NCBI GenBank assembly: GCA_030614505.1
Contig: JAUWTX010000001.1
Span: forward strand, 1-37,147
From: Desulfuromonadales bacterium
GTDB lineage: Bacteria; Desulfobacterota; Desulfuromonadia; Desulfuromonadales; BM103
DNA length: 37,147 nt
Reading direction: 5' to 3'
Notes under the pieces: generated by a model
Told to the model about the DNA's origin: nothing
Seen by the model: only the letters and a program-made list of their open reading frames with translations
The model's database searches: none
Shown: one piece after another, positions 1 through 12,400 of the stretch
How the letters are laid out: the number at the start of each line of letters is the position of its first letter
Numbering within the stretch: position 1 is the stretch's first letter
Made by a program: the position numbers and the translations under genes

Positions 1-1
1 A

Positions 2-460
2 GATGGTAATGCCCTCAGCGAAGTTAGCCAGACCATCAGCCTGATATGTGATGGCGCCCTCGGCCAGACCGATGATGTAAATTTCAGTATCAAGCAGGGC
101 TTCACCGGTAACATCATGCTGCATCTCGCCACGATCCGCTGCGGTGGTGAAGGTGTCGGTGATCAGAACATCATCGTCACCTATGGTGGCCGACTCGTCA
201 CTGATCATCAGCTTGTGGCGACCCGTCCCAACGTCGATGTTGAGCATGCCGTCAACATCATTCAGATGACCGCGCAGGAAGTCCGTATCGGTCTCAAGAT
301 CAAAATTGGCTGTCGAGGAGATATAGACTCGCTCATCACCATCATGCAGGTTGAGGTTGGTAATTGCCGAAGTGCCCTGAACGTTGAAGACATCATCACC
401 AGAACCAAGATCGATGTTGAGAATCTTGATGCCGTAGTAGTTGATGCCATTGATCCGGGT
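2..460 (-). other. Beta-helix spine segment (degenerate RTX-like rungs), C-terminal-most part visible
   Basis: GINYYGIKILNIDLGSGDDVFNVQGTSAITNLNLHDGDERVYISS...LNDVDGMLNIDVGTGRHKLMISDE; same rung grammar as 9420-9830 and 24100-24850. Confidence 0.75.
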
Positions 461-3400
461 CTCGACGGTGGCCGTATCTGGCTCGATGATGTAACTGGCT
501 TCTTCGGCGGTCAGATTGATCGTGACCGTAAACTTGTTACCAGCAAGGCTCTCGATGATCAGCAGGGTGCCATCAGTCCAGGCCGTGTACTCCGGAGCAC
601 CGAAAGTATTGATCTGGTCGGCAAGGGCGGCTGCCACTGCAAACGGCGTGTCACCATCCTCAACGGTGTAGGTATATCCAGCCGCAAGACCGGTGACCTC
701 GGTCTCATCATTCGTCAGCGTGATCGTCCAGACATCACCGTCAACCGGTAGACCGTAAGGCGTAACAGTCAAGACCGTGTCAAAGACCGCACCGGAAAGG
801 CTGGTGATCAGAATCGTATCGCCATCAGTCATCGCAACATAATCAGACAGAGCGACATCATTGTTAATCATGACAGCCAGAGCAACCGCGATTTCATCGA
901 GAGTATCGATGGTACCGTCGGCATCACTTGCTATGTAACCATAAGTGGTCGCAAAGTCATCGTTGAGTACAATCGTCCACACCTCGCCAGCCAGAGGAGT
1001 GCCACTCAGATCGACAGATGTGGAACGGGCAGAAGTTTCATCAATAACGGCAGTTCCTGTACCGCAGATATTGATATCAGTAAAGAACATGGCACCCGCT
1101 GTGTTGGCGACAATCAGCGTACCGCCATCTGAGGTTGCCACGAAACCAGCTCCTGCCTGTTGATAGACGATTGCAGCCAACTGCGCAGCAACAACAGCAG
1201 CAGTTTCTCCACCATCAGCATTGTAAACAAATTCGATCTGGTTGCCACCGATGATCAGAGTAAGCGTGTAAATATCGTCTGCAGCAGCGGTGCCACTGAG
1301 GGTAATCATTGTGGTTGTCGTCGTAGCGGCATCAATCGCGGCATCACCATCGGTTACACCGCTGATAGCGACCGTTACAGTGCGTGCAGTTCCTTCCAAA
1401 TTCACCGTATTGATGTCATGAATTGAGAGGTCAGCGCAGGCACCCTGAAAGGTGATCTGGAAGACGTTGTCAAACTTGCTGACGGCAACGTTGTCAGTGT
1501 AAGGCCGTGACGGAATACGGGTCTCACGATCAAAGTCAGGATTGATATCAATCGTCGAGCCGTTCGGGTTGAAAAGTTTACTGAGAGCCTTGTAGAAATC
1601 CAGAGCGGTTGCATCGTAAGCAATGTTGTTAGTCGTCACCAAGACCAGTTCACCTTCTGCGTTCTCAAGCAGGAAACTCAGTGTGAAGTAGCCACCGGTG
1701 GCTTCAACAGCAACCGTTTGTACATTGTTCAGACCGACATTGAAAGAGCCGTCCTGAATCGTAGTGATGAGAACATCGGCAGAGGCTCCAGCAGTTGGCA
1801 ACAACCCTGTCGTGATCTGGTTTTCATTCCAGATAATTTCATCGAAGTCTTCACCAGCCTGGTCACGAACAAACTTGAAGGTGTAGGTGACGTTGCCAAT
1901 ACCGACCTCGGCCTCAACTTCAATATCTTCAAATCCGTAGAGAATCCGCAAGCGCTTCTCCACATCATCGGCACTCAGACCATAATCAAGCGTAGTAAAG
2001 GCTTTGCCAGCCAGTCGTGTGACGTCCTGAGACAACAGCGTAGTATTGAACTCGTTACCGGCACGGTTGGTGATGATCAGTAAAGCACCCTCGGTCCAGG
2101 CCGTGAAGTCTTCGGTATCAGTGCTGATCTCTGCTGCGAACCAGACAGCCACCTCTGCGAGCGTTTCATCGACGATAGTCAGTGTCCGGAACTGGTCATC
2201 AATGACCAGCGTCCAGTCTTCTCCTGCTACCGGTGTGCCACTGAGTTGGACCTTGGTTGTAGTTGCCGTTGTTGCATCAATGGCGAAAAAGCGTGGCGGT
2301 GTCATTTCTACGACAACCTCAAGATTACGATCCAGGCGATCGGTGACAACCAGGGCTGCGCCTTCGGCAGCAACCGTGATCCCAACAAGACCATCACCCG
2401 CGATCAGGCCAGCCAGCGTTGCCGCAACAGTAGAGAGACTGTCGCCCGACATAACGGTGTAGATGTACTCATAGGTATCATCATCAACTGTCAGCCACAC
2501 TGTCCAGACCTGGCCAACCCGCATTGTTGCGCCAAGATTGGCAATGACCGTTGCGCCACTGTCAGGATCAATGACCGTCACTTCACCACGACCTGCAGGT
2601 CGCTGCACCGGCTCGATGGCAGAAACAACCGTAAACAAGGTCCCATTGCGGCTGACGATCACGAGGATTGCATCTTCAGCCAGACCAACCAGAGTGGCCA
2701 GGCCGGATGCAGTAATCTGGGCTGCCAGAGACGAGGCGATATTGCCCAGGACTTCACCTTCTTCAACAATATGTGTAACAGTCAAAGTCGTACCATCAAT
2801 GGTGATTGCGAGTGACCATGCTTCGCCAACCGCGGGTGTCCCTGTCAGATCAACCTGTTGCTTAGCTGCAGTTTCTGCATTGATCAACATCTGGCCACGA
2901 GTGGTGCCATCCGGGCGGGCGATATCATACGCCAAGGCGAAACTGGTGTAGCCCATACCGAGAACAATCAGGGTTTCTCCTTCTGTAGTGACCACGATCC
3001 CCGAGAGGTTCACAAGAGCAGCCATGCTTGCAGCAATCGTCTCAAGGGTATCAGTGCCAGTGACCAGGTGACTGTAGGCATGAATTTCCCCACCTGTGTT
3101 AACCAGCAGGTACCAGGTATCACCGACAACCAATGTTCCTGAGAGAGTCGCAAGGATCGCGGCCGGTTCAGGCGCAACAGTACCGGCACCGGACGGCTCA
3201 ACTACGAAGGCTGGCTCGTCCACGTCGAATACCACACCAGCGCGGTTGATGATCAGCAGGTCATCCATTGCGGCAATGGCGGTGTAGTCATACGGGATCC
3301 TGATATTTGATGTGCCGGCACCGGAGCTGATTGATAAGGAAACAACCACAAACTCACCGGAGAAAGCCCCGATACGCAGCACAGCATCTTCGACCTCGGC

Positions 3401-6400
3401 CTTGACGTCAGTCAGATCTTCTTCAGTCGTATAGTTGTTGACCAGCTCCGCCAGTGCTGCAGCGATTTCATTAAGAGTACTCTCAGCATCGGTCCTGACC
3501 GTGTAGTTTTTACCGTCAACAGTGAGTGTCCAGTCTTCATCGGCTGCGATCGTACCACCCAGAGTAATCTCCGCGCTCCAGTCATCGGCGCTAATCAGGT
3601 CGGCCAGGAGAGCAACGATATCCGCGATTTCGTCGACAGTCTCAGTCCCTTCAACAGAGTAGGTGTGACCATCAAGAGTTACGGTCCAGAACTCACCCGG
3701 ATTAACGGTGCCGAGGAGGATGGTTTTCTTGCCAGTTGTAATCAAGGCAGAAACATCAGCGGTGCTGGCTTCAGAAGCATCGACAACCGGGGTTCCCGTC
3801 ACATTAAAGAGGATCAGATCAGCAGCCTCAGCCACGGCAACAAGACCTGTTGTGCCGGTTTCGAGGTTGACCAGAATGGCCAATGCGGCAGCAATATCTG
3901 AAGCTGTCTGGCCATCTGTCACCAGATGGATGTAATCGCTGCCATTGACAGTGAGAGTCCATGATTGACCGGCAATCGGCGTGCGAGTCAGAGATAGTTG
4001 CGAAGCCGATGTCGTCAGGCTCGAATCGGTGTCGTCGAGCGGAGTAACAACGCCACTGAGTGTAATCGCGGTCGTGCCGAGAATGGACAGAATGTCACCG
4101 CGTGCTACCGCCGTGAAAGTTCCAACTGCATTGATCTCATCTGCTAGTTGTGCCGCAAGGTAAGCCAGGCTGTCTCGACGATCCACGGCAAACTCACATA
4201 GAGTCTCGCTGTCGGCCGGCGTAATCACGGTACTGATGGTCAGCGGCGCACTGTTCAACTTCGAGATCGTCAAAGTTCCGCCATCTGCTGTTGCCATGTA
4301 GTCAGAATCAGCGTCAATCGCTGCAGCCAGGGCCGCCGCAATCTCAGCCAGGGTGTCGAGTGTCGTGTCTTCATCACTGGCTTCATGCTCGTAGATCGTA
4401 CCGTCCAGTGTTATCGCCCAAATTTCCTCAACAGTGACTGTACCGGAAAGGGACACCATTGCTGAAACCACCGTAGCCGCATAGGTCGTACCGCCAAGAG
4501 TGAGTTCCCAGCTATCCGTCGGCACAGCAAGACCTGTGAACTGAACGGTATTAGCGTCTGTCGACTCGGTTGAAGTCACTTCGACAGGAGCGTAAGCAGT
4601 GGCAACCAAAGAGCTGACAGAAAAAAGATCGTTCATCAGACTGATGATGAACAGCATGTCATCCACAACCAGGGCTGCGAAGTCAGAAGCCTCAGAATCA
4701 TCAAAAATTTCATCAGCAAACCACCCGGCAACCATGGCTGCCGAATCGCCGGTTGAAAAACTGTGGCTATACTCGAGGAACTGAGCTTCACCATCGAGAT
4801 TGATGAAAGTGATGGTCAAAGTCCAAAGCTCTCCGTCTAACCTTGCCCCGATTGGAGTTGCCGCAGCAGCCCTGGCTTCGTTGTGTTCGAAGTCGCCGGA
4901 AACAACGGCCATGGGATCGCCTGCACCATCAGTAATCGAAACACCGAGATAGAAATCAGAGGCACTGAGGCTGACGATAAGGAGGAGATCTCCTTCAGCC
5001 ATGGCAACAAAATCTGTAGCATCGCCATCTGCGTTAATCTCGGCAGCAAGAGCAGTTACAATCGCAGCATGCGTATCGCCGGACGATACGAAAATTTCGT
5101 AAGTAAGTATTGTCGCCGGCGCATCCTCTACAGGAATGGTGATGGTGACTTCCCAGGTTTCGCCAACTGCCAGAGCACGGACCAGGCGCAAGGTCGTCGC
5201 CGACTGGATATCGAAGTTGCCGCTCGGCGTAATCTCGAGAGTTGCACTAAAGGCCGTGCCCGTCCGGTTGATTATCAAAACATTATCGCCAACGGCAAGC
5301 GCCAGGAAACCAGCGGAAGCATCGGCCTGAATCGCTTCAGCCAGGGCCGTGGCAATATCAGCCAAAACATCACCATCGGCAACGAGATAACTGAAGGTTT
5401 GCGTAACTGTTATGAACTCTTCATTGAGCGCGTCATATTGCTCAATCGCAAATTCAATGATCCAGGACTCACCTGCCACTGGCGTTTCGACCAAAGCAAC
5501 GGTGGCATTCTGTGCATAATTTGCCGCTTCGATCACGCCTTCAGCATCGCCAGCGAGTGTCAGCGAGAATGTTTCCGCTGCCGGATTCGCAACAATCAGC
5601 CTGGGCCCCTGAGGAGACGCCACAAATCCACCACCGACCTGTACCGCCAGACCCTCGGAAACTTCAGCAAACGTATCGCCGGCCACGATCTTAACTACAC
5701 CATCAGTTGCCGGAGTCGTCATGGTCATTGATCCGCCGATACCATCAATATCAATACGGGTGATTCCAACCTGAGCAGCAAACACAGCCGCGACATCATT
5801 GCTGACGGTCAGCGTCTTGCCATCCGCCACGGCAGTGTAACCGGCAATTGAAGTGTTGATGATCACTGCCATTGCTGCACTGACCTGCTCAGCAGTCAGA
5901 ACCTCGGTCAGCAAGATGGCGGGGATATCATCATCAACGGTGTCGTAGTAGTCACCAATGGTAACGCTGATGGAAGGAAGCCCTGCGAGCATCAGGTTCC
6001 AGGTGTCACCTACGGTCGGAGTCCCACCCATGGTGATCACAGCTTCATCATCAGGAACCGGTGTGATCGTAACGTTGACCGAGAATGCGTCATTAAGAGT
6101 GTTCGCAATGTACAGAGCAATGTGCTCGTTGGAATCCTCGTCAATCGTTATCACAACAGAGGCAACAAAGTCAGTGGCATCATCGTTAACCGCCTGGGCA
6201 AAAGCACCGGCAAGGTTTTCCACGGTCAGTACGGTAGTCGTGATGCCGCCAACCGGATAGTTATCACCAATCACGATCTCGTAGGTGCCGATGCCATCAA
6301 TGGTCAGTGACCAGATCTCTCCATCCGCCGGGTCGCCGTAGAAGGAGATATTCGCCCACGACTGGACCACATAATCATACTGAGTACCAGCAACAACGAT

Positions 6401-9400
6401 TGACCAGGTTCCGCCGGCAACAGGAGTACCGGTAAAGGTGATGGTCGCCGTAACCGGCAGGGTAACAAACAGGTTGGCTGGCAGCACCGTGACCGTCGGT
6501 ATAAAGATTGTGTTGGCACGATTGACGATATAGAGGGTATCACCGGAGGCCACGGCAGTGTAATCCGTTGCGCCTGCATCATCGGCATTGATGGCGATTG
6601 CCAGGGCAGTTGCGATATCAGCCAAAACGTCACCTTCGGCGGCCTCATACGTATAGCTCAGAGTAGCGAAGCTCACCGACCAGGCTTCACCAGGACCGGC
6701 GTTGCCAATCAGGGTAACAGACTTTGCATAGGTGGATACATCAATTGCGCTACCTGCTGAACCAGCATCATCACCATCCGGGCCGATAGTCACAGCGGTT
6801 GCGAATGTGGCGTTGTCACGGTTGACGATAACGAGAGTATTGCCTTCAACTGCAACGGAGAATTCAACAGCATCCGAGTCTTCGTTGATGGCTTTGGCAA
6901 AGAACTCGGCGATATCGGCCAAAGTATCAAGCGAACCCGTGGCAACAGCACCTTCAACAGTCGAATCATCAGGATCGGTACCTTCCGCAATACTCCAGCT
7001 CGTTGAGAAGATGGCTGGATTCTCAACCAGAACGGTTGCGCCATCCGCTGTCGCTGTGAAACCGGTGCCGGCGTTATTGATTGCCTCGGCCAGGGCTGCT
7101 GCAAGCTCAGGAAGCTCATCAACCGGAATAGTGATGTCGCCGACGTCGTAAGAGGCTCCAATTATAAAGACATAGCTGACGACTGCCCCGTCGTTCAGCG
7201 TAAAGGACCAGACTTCACCAGTCTTCACCGGGCCAAGAAGAGTAAAGATGGTGCCTGTAAGGCCAACCTGGAAAGTGTAGGTTGTACTCGGATCGCCATC
7301 AAGAACGAGAGCCCAGGTATCGTTATTGATCGGCACGCCGCCCAGGGTCACAATTCTTGTCGTCACATCTGAGGTTGTAGCATCAACGACAGTGGTCGGG
7401 GTCACTACCAGGGCCGCGGTAAAGTCACCACCGTCACGGTCAACGATCAGGAGTGAATCACCGGACACAACGGCAGTAAAGATGGTGTCCTCAACGTTAA
7501 TCAGGTCCGCCAGGCCCTGAGCGATTTCTGCAAGAGTATCGACTCCGCCAGTATCACTGACTGTATGACCGTAGGTCGTACCGGCATTATCGTTGAGTAC
7601 GATTGTCCAGACCTCACTGACAAGTGGCGTCCCGCTCAAGCCGACATGGACGGTCGTTGCACCGGAATCATTAGTAACAAAACCCGCAGGATCCCCGTCG
7701 GCCTGGGTCATGGCGAAGGTAGCGGTAAAAGTAGCACCAGCCCGGTTAATGATGATCAGGGCATCAAGAGCTGCAGCGGCTGTAAAATATTCGGCATTGA
7801 TATCATCAGCGTTGATGAGTGCAGCCAACGCCTCGGCAATTTCTTTGAGAGTATCGACGCTGCCATCGGCATCGCTGACTTCATAAGCATAAGTGGTGTC
7901 AGTATTACCATTGAGAGCGATCGTCCAAATTTCTCCGGCCACAGGATCGCCACTGAGCGTGGCAACGGTCGTTGTCGGCCCTGCACCATCATCTATGGTT
8001 ATTTCACCGTCCGTATCGGCAACGAGAAGACCCGAACCTGCCAGAGCAATGCTGAACGTTGTCGTGAAGTCGACGCCATTCCGGTTGACGATAACCAATG
8101 CACTTCCGTCGGTTACAACTGTGAAATCAGCAGCAGCGGTATCGGTATTGATCAGATCAGCCAAGGCAGTTGCGATCTCTTCCAGAGTGTCTGTTGTACC
8201 AGTTATAAAGACATTGTAGTCTTTGCCATTGAGACTGACCGTCCAGGTATCACCAACAATGGGTGTGCCGCTCAGTTGAACGGTGGTTGTCGTGACGCCG
8301 GTATCGGTGAGATACGGCAGGATCTCAAAATCGACAGCAAAGATGCCAGAAGAAATCTTGGTGATTGTGATTGCACTGGCAACAACTTCGACCATCCAGT
8401 TGTCATCAAGATGCACGTCAAGTTTCTGGGCAATCGCTTCAGCAATATCACCTGCGATCTCACCACCGGACGTCACCACATACTCAAAGCTTGTGGTCTG
8501 ACCACCGATGGTCAGTAACAGTTGCCAGATTTCGTTTGTCGTTGCGTTTCCGCCCAAAGTCACTCGCCAGGTTTCTTCTTCTACGGCCTCGTCATTCTCA
8601 GTCACATATTCAACGGTAAAAAGACCACCGAGGGTCGCAGGCGCCGGCGCCACAGCCAGTTCGGTTGATAAATCAGCGCCGTCAAGGTTGACGATCACCA
8701 AGGTGTTGCCATCGACCGTGGCCGTGAATCCGGCATGGTCGTTATCGACACCAAAGGAGCTGTTGTTGATCTTCTCGGCCAGTTCATCAGCAATATCACC
8801 CAAAGAGTGACCAGAAACCGTGACCAGGACGGATTCCGACTGATCGCCAATACCCAGGGTGAGTGTCCAGATGTCACCGTCTTCCGGCGTATCACTGAGA
8901 TCGATCAGTGTCGTGGTCGCTGTATCCGGGTCGATATGATCGTCTACGATCAGTAATTGATAAGTCCCTGAAGCGGCCTGGACATAGACGGTCTGGATTT
9001 CGGAAACGGTCGGCATATCAAGACCGGTCAGGGTCCGTTCGGTGAGCGTGCCGGTATTCGGATCAATTTCACCGCTGTCATCAACATTCAGCACGTCACC
9101 AGGACGGACTATGTGTGTGAATACCCGATCACCGGACAAATCTGTCAGTGTCACAAACCATTCTTCGCCAGAAGCGGGATCACCGGTGAGGGTGATTGTA
9201 ATTGACGTTGCACTGGTGTCCGGGTTGACACTGGAACCACCGGCTGTTTCAGCACTTCCTGCCGCTGTGATATTGAATGCCGCTTCAAACGCAGTACTGT
9301 TCGAAATTGTCAGCACAGCACCCGTAGCAGTAGCAGAGTAACCTGCTGTCACCGCATCAAGATCAATGTTGATCAGATATGCCAGCGCCTCGGCAATCTG

Positions 9401-12400
9401 CGCCAAACTATCAGTCTGATCGCCACCGCCGCTGATGGTCAACAGGCCGTTGATCGGATCGACCAGTTGATCGGCGTTTTGAACGTTCATGGTATCGGCA
9501 CCATCCTCGGCCTGAATATTGGTGTGGCCAGAGATGGTCTCGACGTTAACCACATCATCGCCGGCACCGGAATTGAGATAGGTGGCCCCAGCATGCGTTG
9601 ATTCAATGGTGAAGTTATCGTTGCCAGCTCCAAGATCAACATTCAGAACCTCAAGGCCGTAGTAAATGATGCCGCCCGGCAGTTCGCGACCGGCGATAAC
9701 CGTTTCATCGCCCATGCCGAGACCGGTCAGGCTGTTTTCGGTGAGAACACCGTTGTCATTCGACGGGCTGTTTCCATGATAAATATTCATCACGTCAACT
9801 TGCTCAACCTCATCAACGCGGTAGTTCAGGTTGACCGGCCCATAGAAGTAATTGTTGCCGGCTTCGGGTTGCTGCTGACGAGTCGTTTCAAGAACTGAAA
9901 CTGTACCAACAACGGTGATTTCGATGAAAGTCGTAAAAGCAACACCTTTGATGTTGACGATCAACAGAGCCATGCCGTCTGTCGTGGCCATGAATGCCGC
10001 AATCGCCTGGGCATTGATCAGATCAGCCAGAGCCACGGCAATATCGGCCAGGGTTTCATCCAGAGTAGCGACATGACTCATGGTGCTGCGGGTTTCACCA
10101 TTATCAAGAATCACTGTCCATACTTCACCGGCAACCGGTGCTGCGAGTACAGGCGAACCGCTGACCGGCTCATCAAAGATAGTTACGATCGTCGACCTGG
10201 TCGACTCATTGATGTCAGCGCTGTTAACCAGGAAGAAATGAGCTCCGCCACTATGATCAATAACAAGCTTGATGGCAACGGGATCGCTGTCGTCAACCGT
10301 GGCTTCGAACTGGAAGTCTGCATTGGCATTGATATCGGCAGCGAGCGCCAGGGCGATATCCTTGAGCGTAGTCGTTGTATCCGTGACACGGTAGGTATGC
10401 AGACTCACCGCACCATCGACGTTAAGAACCACAGACCAGTTGGCTTCGGCCTCAATACCGTATGCCGGAGTGACCAGTACAATTGACTGTTTGCCATCAA
10501 CTTCGACAACAGCAGTAGCTCCGAGTTGGGTTTCCGCCTGCTCGATGGTGAAATTAGAGGTAAACGTCTCTGCCGGGTTAACAATCAGCAGGGTGTCGAC
10601 AGAGGCATAGGCAACAAAATCTGTGGCAGAGGCATTGATGGCAGAGGCCATGGCTGCAGCGACATCGGCAAGAGAGTCATCCAGATCGGCAACATACTCG
10701 TACCAGATACTGTCGAGCTGGATCTTCCAGGTTTCACCCGGTGCCGGGAGACCGTCGAGATTCACGCTAATCGAAGCGGCAGTTGAACCATCCACAGCGT
10801 AGAGCTGTTCCGTCGCAGCATCGGCTTCAACAAAGGCAAAGATCGGCACAACAGCGCCGGAGCCGGTAGTTCTGATGACCACGAGAGCATCACCTTCTGC
10901 CTTGGCGGCGAAGTTCGGCAGATCATTAAGGAGAAGCACCCAACCGGCAGCAATATCAGCCAGCAGGTCACCCTCGGCGACAGTGTAATGGAACGAAGCG
11001 CCATCAATGTTCAGTGTCCAGATCTCACGGGCGGCAGGCGTGCCACTGAGAGTAATAAGTGCCGTATCAATTGTCGTGCTATCGATGGCAACCGATCCGC
11101 TGGTACTTAGTTCAACCAAAGAGGCTCCCGTGATCGTCAACACTGCGCCATCTGCCACAGCGTCTGTAATCTGTGCAGCGAATCCAACGGCAATTTCATC
11201 CAGAGTATCACCTGCAACGACAGAATAGGAAGTAGCATCAACAATAAGCGTCCAGACCTGACCGGGCTGCAGCGTTCCCGTCAGTTCGATCGTAAAGCCC
11301 TCGGTAAAGAATGCATTTACGCCGACTTCACCGGAAATAATGTTGATGACCAGGCTCTCGCCAACAGCAGTCGCGCTGAATCCGCCTTCGGCGCTGCTGA
11401 TGGCCTGAGCCAGGGCTGCGGCTATTTCGTTCAGCGTGTTGCCATGGGCGATAGTGTAAGAGTAAGCTGTACCGTCGAGCTCAACCGACCATACATCACC
11501 CGCCACCGGCGTACCGGACATTGGCAGAGTGATATCGGAACCGAAACCGGCCGGGGCAACATCAGTTGCAACAACGAAGCTTGTCGGATCAACGGTTGCT
11601 GCAGAGGCTCTGCCAGTCAGGCTCGTAATAACCAGGGAAGTCCCATCAGCAAGAGCAAGGAAATCCACGGCCTCGAAATCGTTGCTTATCTGGTCTGCCA
11701 GCGACCGGGCAATATCTTCCAGAGTTTCGAGCACGGCGTCCACGCGAGTCACAACATGGATGTAGGTGCGGGTCAGGATCTCGGTTGTGCCCTCTTCGGC
11801 ATCCACGATGTTCTCGAACCTTAGCTGCAGGAACCAGGTCTCACCTTCATTCGGCACACCACTCAACGTAACGCTGGCACTGTTATTCGTCGCAACCGTT
11901 GCATCAGCAGCGTCAGGGTCTGCAGTCGCGGCACCGACGATCAGGAAATCAGCACTGTCGGTATTGGCGGCAGCATTCACAACGACCAGGGCCACGCCGT
12001 AGGCTTCCGCCGACAGGCTGTCAGAATCATCAGCATTGATGAGCTCGGCCAGGCCCATGGCGATAGTTTCGAGAGTATCGCCTTCAAGCACGAGGCGATC
12101 AAAGGTTTTTATCGTTCCGGCGATATCAAGTTGTACCGACCAGGTCTCGCCAACCACCGGAGTTCCGCTGAGGATGAAGGTGCTGGTGCCCTCAGCCGAC
12201 CACGGTGAGGCAAAAGTCACGGTATAACCGGAAACCAGCGGCAGGAATTCGGTACTGATCAGATCAGCCAGGTTGAAAGTCAGAGTCTCAACGGTGTCAC
12301 CACCCTGCACCTGGTAAGTTGCTGGTTCTGTTTCACCATTCAACGTTAAAACCCATATGTCATCCGGATTGATGGAAACGACAAATTCGAACGCCGCCAT

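Noticed and set aside
4094-4102. RGD tripeptide (others near 23800 and 34005)
   Set aside because: Expected by chance in more than 12,000 G/D-rich residues, and not conserved across repeats.
12181-12240. Possible frameshift where the sequence looked irregular
   Set aside because: The main frame reads through cleanly (LVSGYTVTFASPWSAEGTS).
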